From Octopus sinensis (taxonomy: Eukaryota), in assembly GCF_006345805.1 (NCBI RefSeq), contig NC_043013.1:36952001-37016000 (forward strand): DNA of 64,000 nucleotides, read 5' to 3'. The translations under genes were made by a program, and so were the position numbers. Below, piece by piece: positions 13,425-27,346 of the stretch. Every line of letters starts with the position of its first letter. Within the stretch, counting starts at the first letter, position 1. The notes beneath the pieces are model-generated. The model was given only the letters and a program-made list of their open reading frames with translations. It did no database searches and had not been told where the DNA came from.

Positions 13425-14051
13425 TGATATATTTCAAAGCAGTCAATTGACCTTTGACATGCTTCTTCATAACAAAAAAACTATAGAAAAAAACAAAAAT
13501 CACTGAAAAAAAATCGCAACCAAAATATTCTTTGGTTATGATTCTGTTGTGTCGTTTTATGTTGAAAATTCACTGGTTCTGTAAAGTTCTTCATTTAACC
13601 GCTTCCTACTAAACAAAGGTGAACTGGATCCTTTGTGGAGTCCTTACCATTTTACTTTTCACTTAAGTTTTTTTTTTTCATTTCACAGATATTATCATTA
13701 ATATTACTATTATTATTATTATCATTATTACAATTATTATTATTATTACTATTATTATTTCTTGTTAGATTGTCTTGTATTTGTATAGTGTATAGCAAAT
13801 TGAAGGAAATCCTGGAAAAAGACATAGTCCCTTTTTTTTGTTTTTGTTTTTTTTTTTCTTTCTCTCATGCGTAACCAGGGTTTGAAACTTTGTCCCATTT
13901 CATAAAAATTCGAAAGATTCAAGAATATTCCAATTGATTATTTTGAGTGAAAATTTGTTGCTGACTACGGATTGACTTTTTAAAAAAATTCAATTTAGTT
14001 TGTTATATATGACCAACGTATGATATGTATGTATGTATGTATGTGCGTGTA

Positions 14052-14086
<35 letters not shown>

Positions 14087-16425
14087 GTATAGCTGTACAC
14101 ATAAGTAAACAAAATTTGTGTGTATATGTTCATGGTGTATATAGGTGTGTTTGTATATATGTATGCACATCATATATGCATACTGAAATCTCTGTATTCC
14201 AACCATTTAAGTAGACAGACAGGCATAAACACCTTCAAACACACACACATACGCACGCACATATGCATTATATATCAGTATATAAGCAGATATATATGCA
14301 TGTGTGTGAATGTCCGTTAAAAGGACATACTGCTGTTATTGGATATGTATATTTATACATACATTTAAATGCATGTGCATGTATGTGTATATATATATAT
14401 ACTCATACTTCCTATACACTTTCACCACCACCCACCCAATTATACATATATGCTTTTACCTACATGCATATGTGTATATATGTGTGTCTTTGTGCTGATA
14501 TCTCAAAACCAATTACCATTTACAAGTGTATTCTAAAGACTTTTACCAAATCTATGCCTAAGAGACATCCTGATTTGAATTCTTCCAGATTTCATAGAAC
14601 AGTGCCATAAGTTCTAAAAGACAAGACAAACCATTGTTTACCTCATCATACATAAACTCTGAAATATTCAACCCTCCCCCCTCCCACAAAAAAAAACAAA
14701 AAAAAACCCAAGAAGAAGAAACAAATGGAAAAAGAAGAGAAAATTACGATTAATGAAATAAGTTTTACAAAATATATCTCACAATGGGATAAATGTGTGT
14801 GTGTGTGTGTGTGTGAATGAAGTCATTTGGAGAGTAACAAGAAATCAAACTCTCACGTTACTCCTTCCTCTCCCTTTTCACAATCTTCCCTCCTCTTTAT
14901 CAATACATTTCCCTTCTCTCAATATATATATATATTTATATATGTATGTGTGTATATATGTATATATATATATGTGTGTATATATATACAAACATGTTTG
15001 TGAGTGTATGCTTATGTGCTTGTATGTATATATATATATATATATATGCACATTTTGGCAGTATATGTATCTGTGTACATGTATATAGGTAGTTATTTAC
15101 AGTTATGGGTGACAATGCATTGTGTGTGTGTGTGTGTATTTCATATATACATGTATGTATATCTATCTACATACATATGTGTTTATATATATACACATGT
15201 ATATATACACTCACTCCTATACATACACTTATGCAGACACACTTTATTCCTCTTTAATCTGTGTTATCTGGTGCTGTCTTTTGTGTTTACTTTCTAAAGG
15301 CATTTTAATTTTCCGAATTTATTTGGGTGTGGGTGTTGGTGTGTATACACATGCATACATACATGCATTTATAAATATATACATATATATATACATACAC
15401 ATACATATACACACACACGTGTAGGAGTGTCTCTATATATGTGTGTGTGCGTATGTGTTTATCTCTCCCTAATAAAAATGGTTTAGATAGACAAAATCAC
15501 TTTTTAGAAATAAAATATTGGAAAATAATGTAATTATCAAGTCATTGGAATATCTTAACTGCCATTCTGGGTTTCTGGAAAATTCCAGAATTTTTTTTTT
15601 TAATTATTCATTTTTCTTTTTTTTTCTTTTTTTTTGTGAAATATATACATATGTATGTATGTTGTGAGTGGGTGTGGGTGGGTGTGTTTGCACATAAATA
15701 TATATATAGATATAGTATGTGAGAGGTGTCTCTTTTTCTTCCTCCCCCTTTGAGTGTGTGTATGTATATATATGTATGTATCTTTCTCTGTGTGTGAGAG
15801 TGTTTGTGTGTATGAGCATGCATACATGTGCATACACACCTGTACACATAACGTGTATATGTATATATATACAGATATATATATATATATATTAGTATAT
15901 GTGTTTGTGAATAACTGTGTATGTATATATATATATATGTAGGTATATATATATATATATGTGTGTGTATATATATATGTGTGTATGTATGCATATATAT
16001 ATATATCAAATAACAAGGTGCATGTGTGTGTAGTTGTGTGCAAATGTGTGAGTTTGCTGTTTGAATGTATATGTAAATATCTGCAGAACTATATTTCAGG
16101 CGGTACACGCAGATAAACTGGTGTAACATTTTTCTATCTTTCATTCTTAACCTACCTGCAAAAAAACATGACATTTGTTGCTCTTCTCTGAAATAAAAAA
16201 CAGAAAAGATGAAAAAAAAATAACAATAATAATAATAATAACGCAACTTAGTCTATTGTTTAAATTTAATTTCTTTCCATTTACATTTTTTTTTTCTGTA
16301 TATATTTTCTTTCAATTTCTTTTTTTTTTTTTTATTTGAAGTTGATGCTCCTTTCAGCATTACTCACAGTTTCACTATGAACCACATGAAACATTGAGTA
16401 CTAACAACAAGAAGCTTTAGCTTCA

Positions 16426-16431
16426 AATAAA
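16426..16431 (+). promoter_or_regulatory. Candidate distal polyadenylation signal
   Basis: AATAAA followed ~20 nt later by CA and a T-rich tract (tgcatttttcttcatattttt), at the edge of the TE-poor zone. Many other AATAAA hexamers lie upstream. Confidence 0.35.
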
Positions 16432-18129
16432 AATATACAAGCTCTATTTCACATATTGAATGCATTTTTCTTCATATTTTTAATTCACATACATAGTTAT
16501 GCAATTTATGTATACATGTATTTGTGAGTGTATATGATGGGAAGACGATTTGGTCGAGCAAATTGGGTAAAGATGAAAAAGAATGGCTCTGCCAAGACAA
16601 TACTGGAAGCGCATTGTGTTCGGTGGTGTATAACGACATTCGATGGTTTAGTCGATACTGTGAAATATTAGATTCGTTTTACAAACGTGTGGTTTGGGAT
16701 TCTGTGCAGTAAGGTGAATTGAAGAAAGTGTCTTCTACTGAAGCATTGGGCCAACTAAAGCCTTGCGAGTGGATTTGGTAGGCTACAATTGAAACAGGTC
16801 TCTTGTATTATGTGTTTACGCCTCTTTGTTTTAATATCATATAGGAATTGTTAACAAAAGTCACCGTTATGCACGCGGTGTTATTCCTTTACAATCTTCA
16901 GGGAAAGTTTGTTAGGCTTTTGTACTCTACATGTGGAAAGAACCAAAAGAAATATCAACCTTTCTTGGAAACAAGTATTGAGAGAAATAGACACTAAAAC
17001 AGCAATGATGATGATGATGATGACTTTGATATACGTTTTTTTATGTATACATACGTTATATCTATATAACGTATGTATATATACATACACATGAATGTAT
17101 GCTTTAATTTATATGTACGTGTCCACACATACGCACGTTCTAAGACGTGTGTGTGGATTTCACTATATTTATATGCATGTTTATTTCTATGTGTACATGT
17201 GTTAGTATCTGTGTGACCGTATATAACTCTACATGCATGCTTTGGTGTATGGAGTAGATGTACGTAACCCATTTTCTCTTGAGGAGATTTCAAAGCAGTA
17301 CATCTAGCACATGTCATCTTTTCGTGTTGCGTACTTCATGCATGTATGTTCCAGTGAATGTGTGCTTGCATGCGCATGTGCAAATATGTGTGTGCGTGTT
17401 GAGAGAAAGTGACTGTGTAAGATATAATTCTCATCATAATCATCATTTTGCATCTGCTTTTCATTCTGACATGAGTAGGATAGGCTGATCCCATTCAAAT
17501 CAGTTTTTACGCAGATAACTGTCTTCATAGACCGTTATGAGGAATATGCTTCTGTCATAGGTTTCATTTTGTTCTGGTTTCCTGGGTCTGATACCCTTCC
17601 TAACAATAACTACTTCACAGTATGCTGAGCGAAGTTTATTGTGGCACCAACACTAAAGACGTTGCCTTATCTTCTGTAAAGCTAAAGTGTTCTGTTCTAC
17701 TCGACCTTGTTTCTGTTTGTTTAAGGCAAACGTGACCAAGATGGTGTACAGAAGAGCAATGTGGTAACGAAGAAGATGGTAAGGAGTAACAAGAGAAAGA
17801 GCGTGATAGGCAGGTGCATATTGGTTTCTGGTTAAGATATTGAATAGTAAAACAGCTCAATGGGAGTTTGAAGGAGCGATAAAAGAAGATTGAAATGAGA
17901 AATGTCACACAAAGTGTGACAGGAGCAGGAATAATGTGTAAAAGAGAGAGAAAGGTAGCCATAAAGGGGCGAGAAGGTAAGAGAGATTTAGAAATTAATA
18001 GTGAGTGATATATGTTAATAAAGAGTTACATGGAGAGAGTATGATGACTAGCAGTGAAGAATGGTGGCAGGTGTCAAAGAATTCGGATAGATCGCATTAC
18101 ACAGGCGGTTAGAGACGGTGCTATATCTC

Positions 18130-19300
18130 GTTACACATGTATCTAGCTATCATAAATATTCCACGATGAAATCCACGTCTTGCTACTGAACAGCATCGTA
18201 CTTCGTAAAAAGGTACTCGTCAATCTGCTTCTTATCCCCAAAGAAGAAACTCTTGGTTGCCAACAGAGATAATAACACCCTGTACTCTTTTCCAACCAAT
18301 TCTTACTCTGGTACTTTGCTTCCAAAAAAAAAAAAACTTCCTCTTCTTATTCTTTTCTACACTAGGCACAAGGCCCGAAATTTTGGGGAGGGGACCAGTC
18401 AATTAACTCTACTTCAGTACGCAACTGGTACTTAATTTATCAACCCCGTGAGGATGAAAGGCAAAGTCGGCCTCGGCGGAATTTGAACTCAGAACAATAA
18501 GACAGACGAACTACCTATTTCTTTACTACCTACAAAGGGCTAAACAGAGACGACAGACAAACGGATTAAGACGATTATATCGACCCCAGTGCGTAACTGG
18601 TACTTAATTTAGCGACCCCGAAAGGATGAAAGGCAAAGTCGACCTCGGCGGAATTTGAACTCAGAACGTAACGGTAGACGAAATACCGCTAAGCATTTCG
18701 CCCGGCGTGCTAACGTTTCTGCCAGCTCGCCGCCTTACTTCCTCTGCTTATTAGATGACCCGAGTAACAGAGACTATCAACTATCTCTAGAGTTTCTGCT
18801 CATTTGAAGGAATTTGTCTGACAAGTACTCTTACTGCTAATAACTCCTATGCGCCTAATACACACCAAGTCAATCTTCCAATCTGATTGTGATTCGACAA
18901 CTTGTGTGTCCATAGTTTACATTGAACACACAATAATTAATTTCTAGCTATTCCTTTTCTTCACACCAGACATGTTCATTTAGTTGATGGTGGCATGTAC
19001 CTGTGCCCTTTTCTACTCAATAAAACTTCAGTCTTTGCCAAGTTTACTTTGAGGCCTTTCGATTCCAGGTTTCTGCTTCCGTATCTGGAATTTATTCACC
19101 AACTCTTCTACAAATTCAACTACAAGAACTTGGTCATCGGTACAGAGGAATTCCGTTTATGGTTTGTCGTAAACACTTTTGTTATAGTTTGGAGAATTAT
19201 AACAAGCAAAGGGATTGCAAATTCAATCCTGGTAGACCCCTTACTGTCAGTAAATTCGTTACTGTACTGATTGCTGAGTGCACCCTCTGTATATGATATT
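18130..19300 (-). mobile_element. Degraded RTE-type LINE reverse transcriptase fragment, interrupted by a SINE
   Basis: Minus-strand remnants: ..DDQVLVVEFVEELVNKFQI..NLESKGLKVNLAKTEVL, a Cys-rich CVQCKLWTHK segment, then RVRIGWKR and LRSTMLFSSKTW (cf. the RTE motif MLYGSETW). Multiple frameshifts. Confidence 0.75.
18352..18736 (-). mobile_element. SINE family B, nested dimer, with 16-bp TSD
   Basis: tRNA-like head ggcggcgagctggcagaaacgttag..gagttcaaattcc and central gtcgactttgcctttcatcctttcggggtcga. TSD acttcctct(t/g)cttatt at 18336-18351 and 18737-18752. Confidence 0.9.
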
Positions 19301-20569
19301 GTATAGGAATAAGACCTAAATATAAGGAGTTGACAATGGGAATGCGTGTTCCATGACCTCCCTTAAATAGGAGTTTCTGGGGATTGAAATCAGGTTCTGG
19401 CTTCTCGGCACATCAGTGGCATGCATATGGAGAGAACCGACAGAATAAGAGGACAAGTGGCTCTCAAATGACGCCCTACATTCTCAAACAAGGTAAGGGT
19501 ATACTGAGGTATTGTAAATTTTATTATGCCTGAAAAAGAAGACGGTGGTCGTGACAGGAATATCTTAGATCATAGAACTGCTCAATGGTAGCTGACCTAA
19601 GGCTCAACAACACTTACAAGAAAGGTCAGGATAATCGCGTCAGTGTCCAGAAAAACCTAACTGGTCGCACATGAAACACAGATGTCTTTTCAGTTTTGTA
19701 TAACTTGTGTATAGAAACAGATGTAAGACTGCTACTACTGACTGTAGAGCTCCACAAGGATTAGTATTATTTTGTCTGCTTCCAGTCTAATGATTAAGCA
19801 ACTGCTATACCTACTTGTACAACTGGTTATTACATAGAGAACTAATGTAGGAAAATTACGATAAACACAAGTATATATCTTTTACTCCTACGTACGTTTC
19901 ACTAGTTTGGTTATTTGGAACTGCATTGGGCATTCCAAGTGCAATAGGATGCTTATCTACAACGGAGCATTTTATAATGTATTGTTAGAGAGAGCTAAAG
20001 CCAATATCTATGTATATATATATATAATATATGTATATATATACACACACATATACACACATATATATACATATATACAAACATATATATATATATATAT
20101 ATAAAGGTTTGGGCTCGATATATAAAGTATATGTATATACATGTAAATATAGATAGGAATATAGAGAGAGAAATAAAAACTGCAAATATTCAGACGAACA
20201 CTTATGTAATAAGGATATAGATATTTATATATAAACAGAATAAATACATATATATGGAGTACAAAAAATACAGAAAACTAAGGGAAAAAGGTATAGTATT
20301 TGAAGTCCGACAGCTGTGTCTGGGTGTTCGGAATTATGCAATCGCTGTAATGCTCCTAATATGCAGATGGAGTGTGCAAGAATTCAAAGATATGCAACCA
20401 GTAGAGGATGCATATAAACACTACCGTAATACCGGCCTCTTTCCTCAGGATGGAAAGATTGGCAAATAGCAGTTCACCTCATAATTCGAGAAAATTTAAG
20501 GGTAAAATGTATGAAAGTGTATAGGCATATTTTTACATATCACCATATAGCTAATTCTAGGCTGCCTTA

Positions 20570-20860
20570 ATGTGGTAAACCGAAAATAGTCTTGAGCAAC
20601 TGAATTTGAAAAAACAAGTGACTGTAACTTAAATATAAATTCCTATAAAAATGGGTAAGGGAGGTAACTCCTAAATTTCAATTGACCGAAAATATATGAA
20701 GGAGTAAGCGTATCTCTTTAATTTGTGGTTTACTGAAATTTCGGAGTTATCCCCCTTCCTTCTTTTGAGAGGAATTTTTATTTACATTAAGGGGTATTCT
20801 TTTCATTATTGTTGTGAATTCAGTTGGTTAAAAGAATCTTTCCTTCTCACATTTAAAGTA
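20570..20860. mobile_element. Old palindromic MITE-like element
   Basis: Degenerate inverted arms centred near 20706: caactgaatt/aattcagttg and aaattcc..ggaggtaactcctaaatttca / tgaaatttcggagttatccc..ggaattt. Confidence 0.55.
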
Positions 20861-21347
20861 TGGTAACCGACAGTTTTACTCTCTCCATACTGCAGGGATC
20901 TATGTGTATGTATATACTTTCGATGTTTGTTCTAAATCGAGTTATAGATACTCCCTTATTACTATTAGAAATACTGAGAAGCAACGATTGCCTCCATCGG
21001 AATCCTAAAACTGACGACGCTGTTCGTCACAAAGTATGGCAAAATGAATAAATATATAAATAAAGGTACTGCCTGACGATGAGATGTTCAACATCAGTCA
21101 AAGGCTTGATAGTTCACGACTAACTACCATCGTTGAGTAGTGTTCATTGTCATAACACTGACCAGGTCCAACTAACTGTAAAGAGGTACGACCAGTTGTT
21201 GAAGGGAAGTCATTGGTTATGTCTTGGCACTAAGTCTAATTTGAGCAAGTCAGAAAGGGTGAACAAGCAAGGAAGCTTCTATATGGTCGCTCGACGGACT
21301 GGCGTTCACTTGACGGGGTATGTTGCCTACCTGCCTACCCACCAGAG

Positions 21348-21710
21348 TGGAGGCGCAATGGCCCAGTGGTTAGGGCAGCGGACTCGCGGTTTCGATTCCC
21401 AGACCGGGCGTTGTGAGTGTTTATTGAGCGAAAACACCTAAAAGCTCCACGAGACTCCGGCAGGGGATGGTGGTGATCCCTGCTGTACTCTTTCACCACA
21501 ACTTTCTGTCACTCTTCCTGTTTCTGTTGTACCTGTATTTCAAGAGGCCGGCCTTGTCACTCTCTGTGTCACACTGAATATCCCCGAGAACTACGTTAAG
21601 GGTGCACGTGTCTGTGGAGTTCTCAGCCACTTACACGTTAATTTCACGAGCAGGCTGTTCCGTTGATTCAGATCAACCGGAACCCTCATCGTCGTAACCG
21701 ACGGAGTGCT
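21348..21710 (+). mobile_element. tRNA-derived SINE family C (full length)
   Basis: A box tggcccagtgg and B box ggtttcgattcc. The 3' domain (..aatttcacgagcaggctgttccgttgat..gtcgtaaccgacggagtgc) is shared with the copy at 36904-37228. Confidence 0.85.
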
Positions 21711-22998
21711 TCAATCCACCCACCAGAGCAGCATCATTTGAAAGCTACACGAATGAGAGGAAATGCAATGTGGTCAGTGATGTATAATATCGTCCAAAAG
21801 TTCCGTCGACACAGTGAAACAACGTTGCTTGACATGTTTGAATGTAGTTTAAACTATTGTATTTTGTCACTCCGTAACTCTGTGATTCTTTCTTCTAATT
21901 TAATGACAACATCAGCCACATTTACCTTAATAATGCAAATAATGATACAACCAGCTGTCAGCTTATTTATACGTTGGTGTCTAAAATTAACTGTTTTGAG
22001 TTTCATAAGTCCTCCGTCTCGTATTCGTTGTAAGTAGTGAATCTAGAATCCTTTAAGTGTGTAATTAGCACTAACTGCAATAAAAAGATGAATCATGCTA
22101 TTATTAATCTGTAGCACCAACGATACATAGGTGAAGATGTAGGAAATGAACAGCTCTTTATTATCTCTGAGGAACACCTCTAATAAGCTAGGTTACTTAT
22201 CTCTAGGAAGTCACCAAAACAAACTCTCAGAGACTGTACAAATACTTAAAATGTTCAGCATACAAACACAGCTTGTAGTTGATGCCAATGGTAGCCATGA
22301 TCGGAAACTACTCGACTCGTGACGTCCTAAATTAACTATGAACATCTTGAGATTTCCAATGAAAGTAGTAATGACCTCTTAGCAAGATATAAGATTACAG
22401 CATTTTCCATGTAACCGTTTGTTCACGAAACTAAGCTTTTTCAAATATACCTGAGAGGTAAAATATATTACACCTGGCCAGAACCAAACTGTTCAGCAAG
22501 CTGCTTACTATTCAGAAACAACACAATACTATCCTGAGCTTCAACAAAGCGCCGAAGACAATTACCTTTTGTTAACCATCACATCTTTGTATGCATTAGT
22601 AGGCGTTCAGACTTCGTTAGTTTTGTCACAAAATGCTCAAAGAAGACCATATTGAAGAGGTGCATTTCATTTCATAAGGTTAATAGCTTTTTATTTATTT
22701 ATTTATTCATTTATTCATTTATTTTACGATAACAAGAGAATTGCTTTGTAAGCGAATTGTTCTGCAGCCAAATGCTGAGAAAGGACCATGCAGTGTATGG
22801 GGAAAAAAACACTTTCAGTACTAAATTTAAAAAAAAAACCATCAAAAAACGAATCCTTTATACGTACGTACGTACCAGGAGGGCAGCACCGAATTCAGAT
22901 ATGTCTCAACTTTAAAAAAAAATTGTTTCATCTTTGGTGTCTGTCGTTAGCCTTTAAGCAAAAAAGCACTTTCTTTGAAGGTTGATCATTATCTAAAC

Positions 22999-23330
22999 CA
23001 GAAGTTCTCAAGCATTTTGGGCCACCGTCCTACTCATAGCTACATAATATCCTCAGCGCCCCACTCCTATTTTTAAGTATAAATAGATATTTTATATTTT
23101 ACTAACTTATATATATACTATGAATCATTTGATATTTAATATAATATATAATTTGTATACAATACTATAATAATATTATAATAACTTCATAGCGTTCCTC
23201 AATCCACTGCTTTCTTCCCGACGCCTTCTCTTTCTCTACCGCCCCCACCCTCACCTACCCCTAAGGCACCAGCGCCCACGTGGACCGTCTCAACGCCCAC
23301 CGAGGGGACGGTAGCACCCATTTTGAGAGA
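22999..23330. mobile_element. Degraded hAT-like MITE
   Basis: Ends cagaagttctcaa ... ttttgaga resemble hAT-Charlie-type CAGTGGTTCTCAAA termini. GC-rich subterminal segments flank an AT-rich centre. Confidence 0.4.
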
Positions 23331-23722
23331 TTTACATTGCAAGATGCTTCATTTGCAAATTATTCATCCAGTTGCTTTTGCTTCTGTGTCCCTCATCTTG
23401 AAAACATATCGATACTGATGAGTTAGTATCGCAAACTACTGGCCTTGAATATTTCATGAAGGCTTTGCTTCATAAGAAGTGAAATGATTACAAATGGTGC
23501 AATCAAAAGTAATACGTCACTACTATTATGCATCTTGCCAATACTGAGCCCTAAGCATAGAAGTCTCATGCGATAAAAACTCATCAGTGATGACTTGAGC
23601 TACTCTAAGCTCAGAAACCATCACTCACTCCTGTTAAAGTAACTCTAGTAATTTCTCTTACTTGATACTGTGCTTTTTTGTCTCCGAGTGGCTTTTAAAT
23701 TAGCAATGAAAAACACAGGGAT

Positions 23723-23803
<81 letters not shown>

Positions 23804-24142
23804 AATCAATCTATCTATCTATCTACATGTATAGAAAGGAGGTGCTCCAGCATGACCGCAGTCAAATGACTGAAACAAATAAAAGAAATATATATGTATA
23901 TACACATACACACACGTATATATATATATATATAGGGAGAGTTTACGAAAAAAACAAAAGACGAAGACAGGTGGTGTACAAAACAAACAGATGTAATAGT
24001 ATAACGCTCAGGAACAGAAAGGGACACAGAAAAAAACACGGAGAGAAACAAGGAGAGAAAAATAATGTGTAGTGGCTAACGATCTATCATGGCGACTGCC
24101 AGACTGAAGGGTCACACAGGAGAGCGAAATGCATACACACAC

Positions 24143-24268
<126 letters not shown>

Positions 24269-24674
24269 TAATTGATAGGTAAAGAGAGGGAGGAGATTGT
24301 TTAAAATACTAGTGAAGGAGAAAATAATCCCAAAAGTTTGTAACTGAAGAATATATTTCTCCCAAGAGAACTCAGTGGATCATTTGATATTCAGAATAAT
24401 GACAATAAGTCTTCAAGAAAAGTATGCAACGGAATCAAACACCTGGAAAACTCGCACCACAAACTAAGTATATATATAGAAAACACCTTATCTACATACA
24501 GACCAGGACGAAATTTCGTTTCTAGGGGGCTTATTCCAGAGTATCTTCTCTTCAAAGGATGTTCACAAACAACTAAGCGAAGCCAGCCAATGTTGTATAC
24601 ACTTAGTTAATATTATCTTCGCAAAAGTAAGGCACCGAATTGGTAGCACCGTTAGCACTCAGAGCTAAATACTT

Positions 24675-24926
24675 AAGGTAAGGTAAGAAGTAAATTTTCC
24701 TTCTCATACCGACTCATAATTGCCGGTTTGATGGTGCATATATTCCCCACCTGGATGGGACGCTGGTCCAACGCAGGATAACTTACTTTTGACAGCTGAG
24801 TGGACTGGGGCAATGGGAAATGAAGTGTTTCGCTCAAGAACACAACGCGTCACCAGGTCCAGGAATCGAAACCACAATCTTACGATCATTAATCCAACAC
24901 CCTAACCACTAAGCCCTGTGCCTCCA
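24675..24926 (-). mobile_element. CORE-type tRNA SINE inserted into a family-B SINE (host pieces ~24628-24674 and ~24927-25110)
   Basis: Minus-strand head tggaggcacagggcttagtggttag..ggtttcgattcc and CORE-like segment gagtggactggggcaatgggaaatgaagtgtttcgctcaagaacacaac. An imperfect TSD ending aaatactt lies on both sides. Confidence 0.75.
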
Positions 24927-25553
24927 CGGGCAAAATACTTGGCGACATTTCGTCTATCTTTACGTTCTCAGTTCAAATTCCACCGAGGTCGACTTCGCCT
25001 TTCATCCTTTCGGTGCCGATAAAATAAATACCTGTTGAGCATTAGAGTCAACGTAATCCGGTTAACGCCCTCATTCGAACTTGCTGGCCTTGTGCAAAAA
25101 TTTGAAACCAATATTACCCACACAAATGATTTGGTAAGCGAAGACTGACAAGTAACACATGGCATTTATCGAAATAAATAAAGAAAATCATTTCCAGACG
25201 GCATGGATATCTCATATCACAAAACATTCGATCTTTTATACGGAGAATTTTATTTTCTGACAATTAAACACCAGATCAGTTTTCACTGAGCAGAAGTATA
25301 TTCGATTAAATCGACTTCAGTTAATTACTTCCACGTATTTTATCGATAGAGGGCGCTGACCTAGGTTGTTGCATTCACGATCGCAAGATAGTAGTTTCTA
25401 TTCTTGGACTGAATGATGCGTTTTGTTATTGAGTAAAACGTTGCTCCAGACCACTCAGCTGCAAATGACTTAGCGTCCCGTCAAGTGGAGAATGTTATAC
25501 GCTATGGAAACTAGATAAGCGGTCCTATATGTCCCAAAACTTCATCGTTTGTC

Positions 25554-25958
25554 TTTTACTCGTTTCAGTTATTTGACAGCGGCCACGCTGAGGCATCGCC
25601 TTGAAGAGTTTCAGTCGAAAGAATCGACCCTAGAACTTATTTTTTAAGCTTCGTAATTATTCTGTCGGTCTCCTTTGCCCAACTACTAATTTGCAGGGAC
25701 GTAAACGCACCAACACCAGTTGTCAAGTGGTGATGAGGTACATACACAAACACAAAGACACGCACACACACATAGATATATACAAATATATATACGACGA
25801 GCTTCTTTCAGTTTCCGCCTACCAAATCCACTCACAAGGCTTGAGTCGCCTCCAGACTGTGGTAGAAGCCACTTGCCAAAGCTGTCACTCAGTAGGATTG
25901 AAAACCGAACCATGTGGCTGGAAAGCAAGTTTCTTACCACACAGCCACATCTGCGCCT
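25554..25958 (-). mobile_element. tRNA-derived SINE family A
   Basis: Matches the other family-A copies: head aggcgcag..tggctgtgtggtaag, body gagtggatttggtag.cggaaactgaaagaagc, tail ..tgaaacgagtaaaag. Confidence 0.85.
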
Positions 25959-26210
25959 GTTTGTAACACTAGTGTCCAGGGCCCTGGACAGAGGGCTTGA
26001 TAATGACTATAATAGTATTTTATCGATACCTACGCTCTTAACTATTAAATAGTTATCTACGATTGTTATCACTATAAACTGAATTAAAACTCAGACAACG
26101 AAGATGCCTCCACGCAGTTGCTTGACCTGCATTTAAAAAAAAATCTCAATTGAATATTCCTCAAATACTCATACTATCAGCTTAGAAATAATTTAATATA
26201 GAGTATAAAG

Positions 26211-26642
26211 AAAGCAGCAAGCTAGCAGAAACGTTAGCACGCCGGGCGAAATGCTTTGTGGTATTTCGTCCGGCGCTGCGTTCTGAGTTCAAATTCCGCC
26301 GAGGTCGACTTTGCCTTTCATCCTTTCGGGGTCGATGAATTAAGTACTAGTTACGCACTGAGGTCGATGTAATCGACTTAATCCATTTCTGTCCTTGTTT
26401 GTCCCCTCTATGTTTAGCCCCTTGTGGGCAATAAAGAAATAAGAAATGTTAGCACGCCGAGCGAAATGCTTAGCAGTATTTCGTCTGTCTTCACATTCTG
26501 AGTTCAAATTCCGCCGAGGTCGACTTTGCTTTTAATCCTTTCGGGGTTGATAAATTAAGTACCAGTTGCGTACTGAGGTCGATCTAATCGACTGGCTCCT
26601 TCCTCCAAAATTTCGAGCCTTGTCTCTAGAGTAGAAAGGAAT
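26211..26642 (+). mobile_element. SINE family B, nested dimer (tail-1 unit within a tail-2 unit)
   Basis: Unit 1 ends gggcaataaagaaata at 26441. Unit 2 resumes at agaaatgttagcacg and ends ccaaaatttcgagccttgtctctagagtagaaagga. Confidence 0.9.
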
Positions 26643-26913
26643 ACAATAGAAAAGAATGTAAAAGATCTAATATGCAAGAAACAGTAAAACGAGATGGTCA
26701 CGGTTTCAATATCGGTAAACTCACTGAAATATTTTTCACGGCGTGAAATTTGAGCGGGAATTGACGTGAAGCGTTTACAAAAGGACCTATAGAGTTAACC
26801 GGCTTACAAATCCTTATCTGGGGTTTCAAAGTAAAAACGTGCAATATGGAGTTAATTATTACAATAAATACACACACGACACATACGCAGACATGCGCAT
26901 ACATCTCTTATAT

Positions 26914-26980
<67 letters not shown>

Positions 26981-26982
<2 letters not shown>

Positions 26983-27346
26983 GGAGTAAACACATAAATG
27001 TGAAACAAGGTGGAAAAAAGAGTACTCAAATACCAGTGGTAGAGTAATATGGTTTATTTTAAGCAGCAGAAAATTCAACAAAATCTGTTACTCTGAGTTT
27101 CTCGTTGCCGTTCATCAGACAGTTTTTGCTAGAATTCTAGCAAAAACTGTCTGATGAACGGCAACGAGAAACTCAGAGTAACAGATTTTGTTGAATTTTC
27201 TGCTGCTTAAAATAAAGCATATTACTCTACCACTGGTATTTGAGTACTCTTTTTTCCACCTTGTTTCACATTTATGTGTTTACTCCGGTCTAACCCGCTC
27301 CTTGTAAAAGTTTGAGCGACTCTGCACAAGTAGGAAGAACAAACAG

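Larger units (their letters stand above)
10529..16450 (+). other. Probable long 3' UTR of ZFHX
   Basis: AT-rich and microsatellite-rich but lacking the SINE/LINE copies that fill the sequence from ~16.6 kb on. Ends near an AATAAA with a U-rich downstream tract. Extent is inferred. Confidence 0.45.

Noticed and set aside
10448-16246. Numerous YI/CV/HT-rich or Phe-rich ORFs here and across the window
   Set aside because: Translations of (TA)n, (TG)n, (TACA)n, (GATA)n and poly-T tracts.
21348-21420. tRNA gene candidates at SINE heads
   Set aside because: A/B boxes are present but there is no complete cloverleaf, and each continues into a SINE body.
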